DNA of 32,448 bases from an uncultured Pirellulaceae bacterium. Its GTDB lineage: Bacteria; Planctomycetota; Planctomycetia; Pirellulales; Pirellulaceae. Where the stretch lies: contig CAZOXC010000001.1 of the NCBI GenBank assembly GCA_964583205.1, positions 1 to 32,448 of the forward strand, read 5' to 3'. Below the pieces are notes generated by a model, which ran no database searches, had not been told where the DNA came from, and saw only the letters and a list, made by a program, of their open reading frames with translations. Below, one piece after another: positions 1 to 8,666 of the stretch; within the stretch, counting starts at the first letter, position 1; the number at the start of each line of letters is the position of its first letter. The translations under genes and the position numbers were made by a program.

Positions 1-44
1 GTGCCACCAGAAACACGTCCGAAAATGTTAAATCGGTAACGCGC

Positions 45-1448
45 ATGTCGGTCTTCGAGACGTCTCAGCCCTCCAAAAAACTCCTTTTGTTTCTCAGTTC
101 TATTTCACCCGGCCGTTATGATCGCCAGACCACAGTCGGGATCAGCAAGTTTATCGAGAACTCCGTCTACCCGGAAATGCAGGGTTTCTATACAGCAGAT
201 GAACTGAGTGCTTTAGCCGAACTCCAGGAGACGGAACAGGATGTGGGCCAACGAATGCCGGTCAAAATCACACGGCATTACTTTGAACAAGCCAAATTCA
301 GTCGACCATTGCAACAACTGATCAAGGCCAGCCCCAATGAGACGGTCGACATGGCGGGCTCGCCCGACCCCGGAAAGCAAATGCACTACAGCCCGATCGA
401 GGGCTTGATTCACAAGTACGAAATCGGTTTGATCTACGTCGCAGCCACTTGTTCGGCCCATTGTCGATTCTGCTACCGGGAAGAATTGATTTCCGGAAAA
501 GACATCACTCATCCCGATGGAACAGTACAACCCAAAGGCCTGGCACAGGTCGACAAGGTCTGCAAATACATCCGGCAACACAATCAGATCGTCGCAAACA
601 ACAATGGAAAACACCCTGCCAGCGGGCGCGGCCGTTTGCGGGAAATCTTGCTGTCCGGCGGCGATCCAATGGTGCTGGGCAATAAGAAGCTGGCCAACTG
701 GATGGGTTCGCTTTCCGAAGCCGGGATCGATTCGATTCGTATCGGCACCAAGGAACTGGCCTTCTTTCCAGATCGTTTTGACGATTCATTCTTCGATATG
801 TTGGACAAGTTTCACGCCAGCTACCCACAAACCAACTTGAGATTCATCGTTCACTTCAATCATCCGGATGAATTTCTCAAGAAGGATCGGGATGGAAACT
901 TTATTCAACATCAGGGAGGCGGGTTGGTTTGGCTGGACAAAACCCTGCACAGCGTTCAGCGTCTGGCCAGCCGACACTGGATCAATATCGATAACCAGTC
1001 GCCCATCATTCGCGACATCAACAATGATCCGCAGGCGTTGCGGATCATGCAGCGAGAACTAAAACGCAATCGTATTGAGAATCATTACTTTTTCTGCGGT
1101 CGCGATATTGTTGGGTATCGAGCATTCAATGTGCCGATCGAGTCAGCTTGGCACATCCTTAAAGAGTCACAAACAGGGCTCTCGGGAATTGAAAGCCACG
1201 CTCGTCTGGTGGCAAGCCACTTCCTGGGCAAAATCGAAATCGTCTCGATCACCAGCAAACCTCTCCCGATTCCAGGCGCCGAAGAGGGAGCCGTGATTCT
1301 CAAACTGCTGCGATGCCCGGCTGACAATCCGCAGCAAGGCAGAATTGCGATTGTCGGCCGCAACCCGGATGCCCTCTGGTTTGACGACTACGAAGATCGA
1401 GTTCTGTTCGACGAGATCGGTTTGTTTGCCGAAACAGGCAATCAATAA
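45..1448 (+). CDS. KamA-family radical SAM aminomutase (lysine 2,3-aminomutase-like)
   Basis: 467-aa ORF. It has the CxxxCxxC cluster motif ATCSAHCRFCYRE and the LLSGGDPMVL block. Length and layout are typical of KamA/AblA-type enzymes. The substrate cannot be told from the sequence. Confidence 0.8.
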   Translation: MSVFETSQPSKKLLLFLSSISPGRYDRQTTVGISKFIENSVYPEMQGFYTADELSALAELQETEQDVGQRMPVKITRHYFEQAKFSRPLQQLIKASPNETVDMAGSPDPGKQMHYSPIEGLIHKYEIGLIYVAATCSAHCRFCYREELISGKDITHPDGTVQPKGLAQVDKVCKYIRQHNQIVANNNGKHPASGRGRLREILLSGGDPMVLGNKKLANWMGSLSEAGIDSIRIGTKELAFFPDRFDDSFFDMLDKFHASYPQTNLRFIVHFNHPDEFLKKDRDGNFIQHQGGGLVWLDKTLHSVQRLASRHWINIDNQSPIIRDINNDPQALRIMQRELKRNRIENHYFFCGRDIVGYRAFNVPIESAWHILKESQTGLSGIESHARLVASHFLGKIEIVSITSKPLPIPGAEEGAVILKLLRCPADNPQQGRIAIVGRNPDALWFDDYEDRVLFDEIGLFAETGNQ

Positions 1449-1472
1449 ACCTGACGAAGCGTTCCGGTAGTA

Positions 1473-2783
1473 TCAGAATTCCTGACGCAACACTTGCTCG
1501 ACTGCTACCACCAACTGCTCGACATGATCCTTGGTAATCGAGGTCGAAAGTGCGCCCGAACAAGTCTTAATCAGCATCAACCCGTGTTGATAAAGCTGTT
1601 CAACCAGGCGTCTCACCACCGATTGCTGACCCGCATCCTGATAGGTCTCTCGGTAACTTGAGGGTGGTTTAGCAAGTGGATGAATGCGAAACATCGATCC
1701 GCCGCCGGTCACACAAAACGGCTTGCCCGTCCTCTGGATGGCCTGTGACAATTCACGACGCGTCAGCTCACCCAACTCATTGAGCAACTTGATGCTGCCG
1801 GGATCGAAGCACTCCATGGTTGCCAGACCGGCAGTCATCGTCACCGGGTTCGCTGAAAACGTTCCCGAATATGGCAGCGGAATCGAAGCTTGACCGGGGT
1901 CCATGGCGTGCATGTACTCATCTTTGCCCGCCACGGCACCGACAGGAAACCCGCCACCGATAATTTTCCCAAGCGTAGTCAAATCCGGTCGTGCGTCAAA
2001 CCAGTCCTGCGCTCCCCCGTAGCTCATCCGAAACGAGATCACTTCGTCGAAGATCAACAAGGCGTTGTTTCGATTGGTCCAGTCTCTCAATGCCGAAACG
2101 AACTCGTTCTCTGCCGGAAATAATCCAACCCGGTGCGGCAAGGGGTCGATCATCACCGCCGCAAGATCATTCACATGGCGATCGAGAATCGCCAACGTAC
2201 GATTGATATCGTTGAAGGGAATTATCACCACTTCGTCCAGCGCAGATTGTGGCGTACCCTTTGCCAAGGGCACCGAGTTTGGTTGATCGATGCTGCCCCA
2301 ATTGTCGGGGCCGGGACTCTGACTGACCTCGGCAAAATCGTAGGTGCCGTGATAAGTTCCTTCGCACTTGGCAATTTTTGGACGCCCGCTGATCGCGCGA
2401 GCCAGCTTGATCGCACACATCACCGCTTCGGTCCCCGAATTCATGAAGCGGATTTTTTCAAACCCCGGATTGCGGCCGCACAAATGGCGAGCAAATCGAG
2501 TCTCGGCTTCGGTCGCCAAGGTGAAGGCCGTGCCGCGTTGCAACTGAGCAGTTACCGCATCAATCGTCGGCTGATGGGCGTGTCCATGAATCAGGGAACA
2601 CATGTTGTTGGCGAAATCAATTCGCTGGCAACCGTCGACATCGGTAACCACACAGCCAGCGCCTCCAGCCGCATAGTCCGGATGCGGTATTCGGTAGACC
2701 GAGTTGCGACTGACACCGCCGGGAATCATCTGACAGGCTTCCTGATGAAGCTGCTGCGATCGTTTGTGTTGTGGCGAATCCAT
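1473..2783 (-). CDS. Class-III PLP aminotransferase, glutamate-1-semialdehyde 2,1-aminomutase-like paralog
   Basis: 436-aa ORF with IPGGVSRN, MNSGTEAVMCAIKLARAISGR, FDEVISFR and LGKIIGGGFPVGAVAG (PLP-lysine context). It diverges from canonical HemL (no IPGGVNSPVRAF block), so I call it a paralog, not hemL. Confidence 0.75.
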   Translation of the reverse strand: MDSPQHKRSQQLHQEACQMIPGGVSRNSVYRIPHPDYAAGGAGCVVTDVDGCQRIDFANNMCSLIHGHAHQPTIDAVTAQLQRGTAFTLATEAETRFARHLCGRNPGFEKIRFMNSGTEAVMCAIKLARAISGRPKIAKCEGTYHGTYDFAEVSQSPGPDNWGSIDQPNSVPLAKGTPQSALDEVVIIPFNDINRTLAILDRHVNDLAAVMIDPLPHRVGLFPAENEFVSALRDWTNRNNALLIFDEVISFRMSYGGAQDWFDARPDLTTLGKIIGGGFPVGAVAGKDEYMHAMDPGQASIPLPYSGTFSANPVTMTAGLATMECFDPGSIKLLNELGELTRRELSQAIQRTGKPFCVTGGGSMFRIHPLAKPPSSYRETYQDAGQQSVVRRLVEQLYQHGLMLIKTCSGALSTSITKDHVEQLVVAVEQVLRQEF

Positions 2784-2807
2784 TGATTGACTACCTGCGG
2801 GCCAAGC

Positions 2808-3749
2808 TTAACGCCCCAACATTCCTGCCAGGTATTCTTTAATGGCCAGATGGGACAATCGCAAATTTGCAGCACTCGGCACGATCAACCCGGGTTCTCG
2901 TTTGAAAGGCAGGGATCGAAAATCGACCGGGACCGGCGTTGCATCGATTCCTACAGAATTCGCCAGTCTGGTTGCTCGTTTCATATGCCAGGCCGAAGTC
3001 AAAATTCCAATCTTCAACTGAGTGCGTTCCGGTTTCCCGGCCAGCCAGCGATCCAAAGCCTGGACCTCCTGTAATGTGTTGGCACCATCGATTTGATGCA
3101 GGTCGCTTTCCGGAACGCCCAACGAGACCAGCAATTTCACAGCGCCTTCTGCCTGAGTGAACTCGTTGCCGCTGGGCGGAAGTCCATGAGTCCCGCCGCA
3201 GACGATCGTTTTGACTTTTCCAAGCTTGTACAAACGAGCTGCTTGCAGAATCCGATCACCATTATTGCCGAGTTGTACCGCACCGTGTTGGTTAGTTGAA
3301 ATCCCGCCACCCAGAACCAGGGCAACATCAAGCTGCGGAACCTCTGCAAACTCCGAGCTGTTTTGGTAGGGCGATTCGAGCGTACCGATCAATTTGGAAA
3401 CGATAAATGAATTTCCACCGATCGTCAAAAGTATCCAGCAGACCAGCGAAATAACTGCCGGGTCACGAACTCGATTGAGAGCGCTAAAATAAAAAATCGC
3501 AAACAGGCCCAACCAGCTGAGACCCACCGGGGTCACCAGTGCTTGCATTGTTTTTTCGAACATCACTCGCCCGGCAACGCCCCAGATGACGGCCAGAAAG
3601 ATTGCTGTCAACAATGCCAACACGATCAAGTGTGGTAGCATCTTTACTTGAATTTTGCGACGCGGACCTTCAGCGCGATCAATACGATCGCCTTCCTCGT
3701 AGTAGTCCGAGTATTCGAAATCGCGGTCTCGACGGCGGCCAAAGAGCAT
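2808..3749 (-). CDS. DUF218 (YdcF/ElyC/SanA-like) membrane protein
   Basis: 313-aa ORF with N-terminal TM helices followed by the DUF218-type blocks DVALVLGGG ... IVCGG ... NTLQE ... ILTSAWHMKRA. It lies 24 nt upstream of the aminotransferase gene on the same strand, so the two are probably an operon. Confidence 0.7.
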   Translation of the reverse strand: MLFGRRRDRDFEYSDYYEEGDRIDRAEGPRRKIQVKMLPHLIVLALLTAIFLAVIWGVAGRVMFEKTMQALVTPVGLSWLGLFAIFYFSALNRVRDPAVISLVCWILLTIGGNSFIVSKLIGTLESPYQNSSEFAEVPQLDVALVLGGGISTNQHGAVQLGNNGDRILQAARLYKLGKVKTIVCGGTHGLPPSGNEFTQAEGAVKLLVSLGVPESDLHQIDGANTLQEVQALDRWLAGKPERTQLKIGILTSAWHMKRATRLANSVGIDATPVPVDFRSLPFKREPGLIVPSAANLRLSHLAIKEYLAGMLGR

Positions 3750-4020
3750 GGGAAATTCGCGAGCAACTCACTAGGTTGATTTTGTTTTGATGACTTCCTT
3801 GATTCTATGAACTTTCGCACCAGAATGCAGCCACCAGCGATTTTTGACCGCCCGGAATTGTCTCAGGCAACTCTGGCCGGTGCCGAACTGTCGGTACCAT
3901 TTCGAATCAGTTAAATTGTAGGGATTAAGGTAAATTTGTTCGGACACCCGGATGAGATTTCCAATTTAAGCCAGACTCGAATCCCGCTTCGTCAGCTGCA
4001 TTTTTACTTGAGGCTAAACC

Positions 4021-4689
4021 ATGCCAGATATTGAACTTAACCTGTCGCCTTTGCAGGGACTCGATGAGCAGATTGCCCAGTTGCAGGCTTGCGGGCGGTT
4101 GTTTTACCAACGCGGCTGGTCGGTTGGGACCAGCAGCAACTACAGTTGTGTCGTCAACAATGACCCACTTGAATTACTGGTCACTGCCAGCGGAAAAGAC
4201 AAAGGTAATCTGGCGGGTAACGACTTTGTCCGGGTCAACCGGCAGGGAAAACCGATCGTTCCCGATCAACCCAAATCCTCAGCCGAAACCATGTTGCACG
4301 TGGTCGCAGCCGAACATTGCCAGGCCAACGCCGTACTTCATACGCACAGCGTTTGGAGTACGATCCTTTCGGAAAAATATTTCGTCGATGGCGGGATCTG
4401 GATCGAAGGCTTTGAAATGCTCAAGGGCCTCTCGGGGGTAACCACCCATGAGCACAAAGAATGGCTGCCGATTTTTGACAACACTCAGGACATTCCTCGA
4501 CTGGCGGCCGATGTCACCGAAGCGCTCGACAAAAACCCTCAATCCCAATTTCACGGGTATCTGATTCGCAAACATGGTTTGTATACTTGGGGACGTGACC
4601 TGGCAGAAGCCAGACGTCATGTCGAAATTTTCGAATTCCTGCTGGAATGCCTGGGGCGTCAACTTTCACTGGACCCTACTCGCACTTGA
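4021..4689 (+). CDS. mtnB: Methylthioribulose-1-phosphate dehydratase (class II aldolase/adducin fold)
   Basis: 222-aa ORF with the GWSVGTSSNYS and LLVTASGKDKG blocks and the HTHS zinc-ligand motif typical of MtnB/APIP1. Confidence 0.8.
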   Translation: MPDIELNLSPLQGLDEQIAQLQACGRLFYQRGWSVGTSSNYSCVVNNDPLELLVTASGKDKGNLAGNDFVRVNRQGKPIVPDQPKSSAETMLHVVAAEHCQANAVLHTHSVWSTILSEKYFVDGGIWIEGFEMLKGLSGVTTHEHKEWLPIFDNTQDIPRLAADVTEALDKNPQSQFHGYLIRKHGLYTWGRDLAEARRHVEIFEFLLECLGRQLSLDPTRT

Positions 4690-4729
4690 ATACCGGCCAT
4701 ATAAACCCAATCAACCAGGACCAAGTTCT

Positions 4730-5092
4730 ATGCCAAAAATCACTGTAGACGGAAACGACTTTGAAGTTGCTCAGGGTAAACGGCTGGTCAAAGCCTTGAC
4801 CGAAGACGCCGCCACCGACCAGCTTCATGCTTGTGGCGGACAGGGAAAATGCACTACCTGTCGAGTCCGTTTTGTGGCGGGCGAGCCTGATAAAATGACG
4901 GCCGCCGAAAAGGAAACACTAAGCGCAAGGGATATCACCGAAGCCGGCGTGCGACTGAGCTGCCAGATCCTTTGCGATTCCGAGATGTCTGTCGAGGTGA
5001 TCAGTCGCCTGGAAGGTAGCGGGCGTCAGGATCAAGGCGGTGCTGTGTACGACGAAATACAACCGCAGCCTGTCGAGTGGGTTGAACGTTAA
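4730..5092 (+). CDS. Plant-type [2Fe-2S] ferredoxin
   Basis: Cys pattern ACGGQGKCTTCRVRF ... RLSCQI. I start it at the internal ATG 4730 (MPKITVDG...), because the tracked ORF start at 4574 would overlap mtnB by 116 nt. Confidence 0.75.
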   Translation: MPKITVDGNDFEVAQGKRLVKALTEDAATDQLHACGGQGKCTTCRVRFVAGEPDKMTAAEKETLSARDITEAGVRLSCQILCDSEMSVEVISRLEGSGRQDQGGAVYDEIQPQPVEWVER

Positions 5093-5100
5093 GCCAGACA

Positions 5101-5189
5101 GGAACCTCCAAACGGAATCTCGCCACTGGAATCCCGCTACTGGAATCCCGCTACTGGAATCTCGCTACTGGAAATGTCGCTGGAGAATC
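5101..5189. repeat. 14-bp tandem repeat, about 6 units (4 well-conserved units at 5114..5169)
   Basis: Units read ggaatctcgccact / ggaatcccgctact / ggaatcccgctact / ggaatctcgctact, flanked by degenerate units. The array begins 9 nt after the ferredoxin stop codon. Confidence 0.9.
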
Positions 5190-5233
5190 AAGCGGAACAA
5201 ATTACCTTCCGCAGCAATTTACAAAAACAGTCA

Positions 5234-5261
5234 TTTACAAAGACCGTTAATCACTTATACT
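5234..5261 (+). promoter_or_regulatory. Candidate sigma70-like promoter (TTTACA - 16 nt - TATACT)
   Basis: Each hexamer matches the consensus at 5 of 6 positions. The -10 element ends 8 nt before the ATG of the first Lys-rich mini-ORF, implying a near-leaderless transcript. An atttacaaa direct repeat occurs at 5217 and 5233. Confidence 0.3.
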
Positions 5262-5269
5262 TGGCCTCC

Positions 5270-5323
5270 ATGAACAGCCGCCTCAAGAAATACGGTAAGA
5301 AGAACAAACGCAAAGCGTTTTAG
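5270..5323 (+). CDS. Lys-rich leader mini-ORF 1 (MNSRLKKYGKKNKRKAF)
   Basis: ATG...TAG, 17 codons, 6 of them Lys (AAG/AAA). It is followed 30 nt later by an intrinsic terminator. It is not in the ORF track because it is too short. Confidence 0.5.
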   Translation: MNSRLKKYGKKNKRKAF

Positions 5324-5353
5324 GCCTGGCTGAGATATTGAGAGATTCATAAA

Positions 5354-5378
5354 CCCTGCCAGACGGCAGGGTTTTTTT
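5354..5378 (+). terminator. Intrinsic terminator / attenuator 1
   Basis: Perfect 7-bp stem ccctgcc-agac-ggcaggg followed by a T7 tract. The 13-mer ggtttttttgttt recurs 18 nt downstream at 5388..5400. Confidence 0.75.
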
Positions 5379-5419
5379 GTTTACCAAGGTTTTTTTGTTT
5401 GTCAGCGCCGACGGAACCA

Positions 5420-5488
5420 ATGTTAAAAAAATCTGAATTCAAAAAGAGTAAGTCTAAGCCACACCGCGGTGACCCGTTGGCCTGCTGA
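5420..5488 (+). CDS. Lys-rich leader mini-ORF 2 (MLKKSEFKKSKSKPHRGDPLAC)
   Basis: ATG...TGA, 22 codons, 6 of them Lys. It is followed 22 nt later by the second intrinsic terminator. Confidence 0.5.
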   Translation: MLKKSEFKKSKSKPHRGDPLAC

Positions 5489-5510
5489 TGATTTACTCAG
5501 TAATTCCAAG

Positions 5511-5537
5511 CCTGCGGGAAACCTCGCAGGTTTTTTT
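5511..5537 (+). terminator. Intrinsic terminator / attenuator 2, immediately upstream of hcs
   Basis: 8-bp stem cctgcggg-aaac-ctcgcagg (one G.U pair) followed by a T7 tract. The T-tract ends 23 nt before the hcs ATG at 5561. Confidence 0.8.
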
Positions 5538-5560
5538 ATTGCCATCTCAAAGAAAACACT

Positions 5561-6787
5561 ATGCACCAAATCAACATTCCTGACATGATCAACAGCCAGG
5601 TCCAACCGGCCATTGGCGACTTCAAGATCATCGAATCGACTTTGCGCGAGGGAGAGCAATTCGCCAACGCGTTTTTCTCGACCGAAGACAAAATTGAAAT
5701 CGCCAGATTGTTAGATGCGTTTGGCGTGGAGTACATCGAGCTCACTTCGCCCTGTGCCTCGCCACAAAGCGCCTCAGACTGCCGGTCGATTGCCGATCTG
5801 GGTCTGAACGCAAAAACGCTGACTCACATTCGCTGTGCCATGGACGATGCCCGGCAGGCCGTGGATACCGGTGTGGATGGCATTGATGTGGTGATTGGAA
5901 CTTCGAGTTTCCTGCGCGACTTTGGCCACAAAAAATCCATTGAACAGATTCTCGATCTGGCCATGGAAGTTATCGGCTGGTTGAAACAACAAGATGTTGA
6001 AGTTCGTTTCAGCACCGAAGATTCACTTCGCAGTGACTTGAAAGACCTGGTTCGAGTCTACCAGATGGTGGATGAACTGGGCGTTGATCGAGTTGGAATT
6101 GCCGATACGGTCGGCGTGGGAACTCCGCAAACCATTGGACGACTGGTCAGCATCGTCGGCCAATTGGTCTCGGCCGATATCGAGTTTCATGGACATAACG
6201 ATACCGGCTGTGCAATTGCAAACTCCTATGCCGCATTGGTCGCCGGCGCGAAATTCATGGACACCAGTGTGCTGGGAATCGGGGAACGCAACGGAATCAC
6301 TCCGCTGGGCGGACTTGTGGCAAGACTGTATGCCGAGTCCCCTGATCTGGTTTCCAAATACGATTTGCACTTGCTGGGCGAGCTCGATCACCTGGTCGCC
6401 CGCTTGGTGGGTGTCGATGTTCCTTTCAACAACTACATCACCGGGTTCGCAGCCTTCACACACAAAGCCGGCATCCATGCGAAGGCGGTTTTGAACAATC
6501 CTTCAACTTACGAGATTCTGAATCCGGAAGATTTTGGACTGAGTCGCTACATTCATGTCGCTCATCGCCTGACAGGATGGAACGCAATTCGCGATCGAGC
6601 CAATCAACTTCAGCTGAACCTCAGCGACGATCAAATCAAAGCCATCACTCGGCAAATCAAACAGATCGCCGACATCAAACAACTGACTCTGGACGATGTT
6701 GACCAGCTGCTTTACGCCTCTCAGTCAACCAAAGAGAAAACTGAAACCGAACTCAACGAGACTTGCCAACAGGGAGCACAATCATGA
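5561..6787 (+). CDS. hcs: Homocitrate synthase (LYS20/Thermus HCS type, DRE-TIM metallolyase)
   Basis: 408 aa with [39 protein letters not shown] and [14 protein letters not shown]...RLTGWNAI. There is no LeuA_dimer regulatory domain, which argues against IPMS or CimA. Confidence 0.85.
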   Translation: MHQINIPDMINSQVQPAIGDFKIIESTLREGEQFANAFFSTEDKIEIARLLDAFGVEYIELTSPCASPQSASDCRSIADLGLNAKTLTHIRCAMDDARQAVDTGVDGIDVVIGTSSFLRDFGHKKSIEQILDLAMEVIGWLKQQDVEVRFSTEDSLRSDLKDLVRVYQMVDELGVDRVGIADTVGVGTPQTIGRLVSIVGQLVSADIEFHGHNDTGCAIANSYAALVAGAKFMDTSVLGIGERNGITPLGGLVARLYAESPDLVSKYDLHLLGELDHLVARLVGVDVPFNNYITGFAAFTHKAGIHAKAVLNNPSTYEILNPEDFGLSRYIHVAHRLTGWNAIRDRANQLQLNLSDDQIKAITRQIKQIADIKQLTLDDVDQLLYASQSTKEKTETELNETCQQGAQS

Positions 6788-8052
6788 GCCCGGACAATTC
6801 CACACCCGACAATTCAACAATGACACTGGCGGAACAAATTTTTTCCCGCTCGGCCGGACGACCGGTCCGCGCCGGAGAATTGGTGGTAACGCAGCCCGAT
6901 GTCGCCATGGGCCACGACTCGCTCACGCCCAGCATTATCAAGATCATGCGTGAAGAGCTGGAGATTGAAAACGTTCACAATCCTGATCAAGTCGTCCTGG
7001 TGATGGATCACGTTGCACCGGCTTCCACGGTAGGGACCGCCAACGCACAATCGAAGATTCGCAAGTTCGCAACGGAGCAAGGTATTCGCTTGTTAGATGT
7101 GGGCCGAGGGATCTGTCATCAGGTTCTGGTCGAAGAGAAAATCGCCTCGCCAGGAAAGATCATCATCGGTTCGGACTCGCATTCCACTTCTTATGGAGCG
7201 GTTTCTGCATTCGGCACCGGCATGGGCTCGACCGACATCGCTCTGTGCTGGGGTACTGGCCAAGCCTGGTTTCGAGTCCCCGAGACGATTCAAGTCCTGG
7301 TGCAAAACCGTTTTCAACCAGGCGTGGACGCAAAAGATTTGGCGCTCTGGCTTTGCCGGCAAATGACAATCAACGGCGCAACCTATGATTCGATCGAGTA
7401 CCAGGGGCTGGCATGGCTGCCTCTCAACGAGCGTCAGACAATCGCCAGTATGGCCATCGAGTTAGGGGCCAAGGCCGGCATCTTCGCACCCGAACCTACG
7501 GAATCCGATTGGCTGCAAGTCAACTCGAACGCCATTTACAAATCTACCTTCGACGTCGATCTAAATGAACTTGAGCCCCAGGTCGCAATACCGCACTCGG
7601 TGGATCATGTCGTAGGGATCTCGGAAATTGGCCAACGAGACATCGACGTTGTGTTTGTGGGAACTTGCACCAACGGTCGAGCCGAAGATATTCAACGAGT
7701 CGCCGATATCGTTGCCGGAAAACAGCTTCGCAGTCGCATGATTGTCACGCCGGCTTCCAGTCGCGAGATGGAGCGATCGATTGAAAACGGAGCAATGCAA
7801 AAACTGATTGCCGCCGGAGCAACTTTCACGACGCCCGGTTGTGGGCCTTGTATGGGTCGTCACCAAGGAGCATTGGCCGACGACGAAGTGTGTCTCTCCA
7901 CAGGCAATCGAAATTTCAAGGGTCGCATGGGTTCTCCCGAATCACAGATTTACCTGGCCTCGCCAGCCGTCGCTGCGGCAACCGCCCTGGCCGGTCAAAT
8001 CTGCGATCCTCGCGAATTCATCGATTCGGAATTGGAACTCCAAAACACTTAA
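6784..8052 (+). CDS. hacA: Homoaconitase / 3-isopropylmalate-dehydratase-type large subunit
   Basis: Aconitase-family motifs [14 protein letters not shown] and PGCGPCMG (Fe-S Cys ligands). The start is taken at ATG 6784, which forms an ATGA overlap with the hcs stop. Alternative starts are 6763 and 6820 (MTLAEQIF). Confidence 0.85.
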   Translation: MSPDNSTPDNSTMTLAEQIFSRSAGRPVRAGELVVTQPDVAMGHDSLTPSIIKIMREELEIENVHNPDQVVLVMDHVAPASTVGTANAQSKIRKFATEQGIRLLDVGRGICHQVLVEEKIASPGKIIIGSDSHSTSYGAVSAFGTGMGSTDIALCWGTGQAWFRVPETIQVLVQNRFQPGVDAKDLALWLCRQMTINGATYDSIEYQGLAWLPLNERQTIASMAIELGAKAGIFAPEPTESDWLQVNSNAIYKSTFDVDLNELEPQVAIPHSVDHVVGISEIGQRDIDVVFVGTCTNGRAEDIQRVADIVAGKQLRSRMIVTPASSREMERSIENGAMQKLIAAGATFTTPGCGPCMGRHQGALADDEVCLSTGNRNFKGRMGSPESQIYLASPAVAAATALAGQICDPREFIDSELELQNT

Positions 8053-8123
8053 GCGGCCGCAACAGCCGCTACGACCAACTGCATATCTTGAACACTGATA
8101 ACTGAACACTGAAACTCAATCCC

Positions 8124-8666
8124 ATGAACAACACCAACCTGTCAACCATTTGGAAATTCGCTGACGACGTCGACACGGACCAGATTGTTCCCGGCCGCTA
8201 CGCACCGTATATGCGACCCGATGAAGATGTCGGCAACGCAGCGTTTATCGAAGCACATCCTGAGTTTAACCAGCAAGCCAAACCTGGCGACATCATTCTG
8301 GCCGGCAGTAATTTCGGTTGTGGTTCCTCGCGCGAATATGCACCATTGGCACTGCGGCGGCGTGAAGTCAAAGCCATTATCGCCAAAAGTTTCGCTCGGA
8401 TCTTTTTTCGCAACGCGATTAACCTGGGCATTCCCGTTTACACGGCGCCCGATCTCTACGATCAAATCGCTGATCAGGAGCAAGTCGAGTTTGATCTGCA
8501 GTCTTCTCTGGTTCGAGTTCAAGGTCGCGAGTTCGCGTTGCCGCCCTTGCCTGAATTCGCTCAGCAGACGATTGAAGCAGGCGGCATTTCCAACTTCGTC
8601 AAGCAACACGGTACATTTCCGGGCACCTTAAGTGACTCAAAAACATCGCTCGCAGGAGGCAACTGA
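8124..8666 (+). CDS. hacB: Homoaconitase / IPM-dehydratase-type small subunit (short LeuD type)
   Basis: 180 aa with the GSNFGCGSSREYAP swivel-domain motif. It directly follows the large-subunit gene. Confidence 0.85.
   Translation: MNNTNLSTIWKFADDVDTDQIVPGRYAPYMRPDEDVGNAAFIEAHPEFNQQAKPGDIILAGSNFGCGSSREYAPLALRRREVKAIIAKSFARIFFRNAINLGIPVYTAPDLYDQIADQEQVEFDLQSSLVRVQGREFALPPLPEFAQQTIEAGGISNFVKQHGTFPGTLSDSKTSLAGGN

Noticed and set aside
4574-4729. N-terminal 52-aa extension of the ferredoxin ORF.
   Set aside because: It overlaps the 3' end of mtnB in another frame and has no ferredoxin-like sequence. The internal ATG 4730 gives a normal 120-aa ferredoxin.
5101-5189. Possible CRISPR array.
   Set aside because: The units are 14 bp and directly abutting, with no spacers. 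No cas genes are nearby. It is a simple tandem repeat.
5040-5273. 77-aa ORF spanning the ferredoxin 3' end and the 14-bp tandem repeat.
   Set aside because: Its reading frame is generated by the repeat itself (a WNPATGIPLLESRYW-type translation), and it overlaps a real gene. There is no coding signal.
5380-5510. Possible lysine (L-box) riboswitch upstream of hcs.
   Set aside because: The region is too short, and I could not see the multi-helix junction or the conserved L-box core. The Lys-rich mini-ORF plus terminator layout fits a leader-peptide attenuator better.
8051-8069. Hairpin agcggc-cgcaaca-gccgct right after the hacA stop. A 6-bp hairpin also follows the hicdh stop at about 9612..9633.
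   Set aside because: Neither has a downstream T-tract, so neither qualifies as an intrinsic terminator. The first sits inside an operon and may only be an mRNA-stability element.
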